Source: Gemmatimonadota bacterium
GTDB lineage: Bacteria; Gemmatimonadota; Gemmatimonadetes; Palauibacterales; Palauibacteraceae
DNA length: 64,000 bases
Reading direction: 5' to 3'
NCBI GenBank assembly: GCA_039588275.1
Contig: JBDHAC010000007.1
Location: 12,672-76,671 of the forward strand
Under the pieces are notes generated by a model, which saw only the letters and a program-made list of their open reading frames with translations, made no database searches and had not been told where the DNA came from. This document shows, piece after piece, positions 63,509-64,000 of this stretch; positions within the stretch are counted from its first letter, which is position 1, and every line of letters starts with the position of its first letter. The translations under genes and the position numbers were made by a program.

Positions 63509-64000
63509 TCCGCCGTTATGCGCCCCAGTATGAGCGGGCGCTCGAGGCCCTCGTCGGGTGCCGCGTCGGTGATTTGAATCGCATCCTGCAGCCGCTCCAC
63601 CGCCCGGCGCGCCCCTGCCTCGTCGCGGGCGTGGATCGCGACCAGCGGCTCGCCGCCCTCCACGATGGCGCCCACCCGCGTCTCGACGATGAACCCGACG
63701 GCCAGGTCCACGCTGTCTTCGACGCGTCTTCTGCCCGCGCCGAGCTCGAGCGCGGTAAGACCGATGCGCCTCGCGTCCACGCGCGCGACCCGGCCGGAGC
63801 GCGGGGCTTCGTAGACGGCCTGAACGGGGGCGGACGGGAGCGATGACGGATCTTCGACGATGCCCGGGTCTCCACCCTGTCTCTCGACCAGCCGCGCGAA
63901 GCGCTGCGCGGCGCGTCCGCTGGCGAGGATGTCCTCCAGGGCGCGGCGGGCGGCGGGCGTCGTGTCGGCGATGCCGGCGCTCACCAGCAGCTCGGCGGAC
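63505..64000 (-). CDS. Thymidine/pyrimidine-nucleoside phosphorylase, C-terminal part (gene continues beyond window)
   Basis: The frame is open to base 64000. The C-terminal domain reads ARRIGLTALELGAGRRRVEDSVDLAVGFIVETRVGAIVEGGEPLVAIHA. Confidence 0.87.
   Translation of the reverse strand, partial: SAELLVSAGIADTTPAARRALEDILASGRAAQRFARLVERQGGDPGIVEDPSSLPSAPVQAVYEAPRSGRVARVDARRIGLTALELGAGRRRVEDSVDLAVGFIVETRVGAIVEGGEPLVAIHARDEAGARRAVERLQDAIQITDAAPDEGLERPLILGRITAD

Overview
This is a very GC-rich bacterial chromosomal segment that is almost fully coding and looks like core genome. The gene content fits a Gemmatimonadota- or Acidobacteriota-like organism: a PadR plus ADOP-type orphan permease, a SusC/SusD pair, and a CarboxypepD_reg plus plug-only protein. 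That lineage call is inference only. I support about 55 CDSs:
- transport: a TRAP transporter (DctPQM), an NhaC-family antiporter, and a ZIP/ZnuA/ZnuB zinc island
- central and amino-acid metabolism: class-V aminotransferase, GcdH, NAD-IDH-like dehydrogenase, LeuA-like synthase, two acyl-CoA ligases, GGT, LysA, AroB
- folate and nucleotide metabolism: FolE, FolK, and a partial thymidine phosphorylase
- signalling: a PAS-GGDEF-EAL protein
- copper and oxidase assembly: SCO/CtaG/CutA
- other housekeeping genes: Mpg, TyrS, PBP1A

Many genes are translationally coupled through GTGA or ATGA overlaps. By eye I found no rRNA, tRNA, CRISPR array, transposase, integrase or canonical defence genes. No single obvious novel system stands out. 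The best candidates for follow-up are:
1. an AT-rich structured leader with a promoter-like box and a strong terminator upstream of folE
2. a 275-bp intergenic element bounded by perfect 23-bp inverted repeats
3. a tightly coupled MBL-MBL-NmrA operon divergent from the c-di-GMP gene
4. a 765-aa NYN/LOTUS/basic-repeat/HhH protein placed 8 nt upstream of a DNA glycosylase gene
5. a nucleotidyltransferase/LeuA-like/IDH-like gene string
6. a zinc island that lacks its ATPase

All functional calls come from motif recognition by eye, not from database searches.
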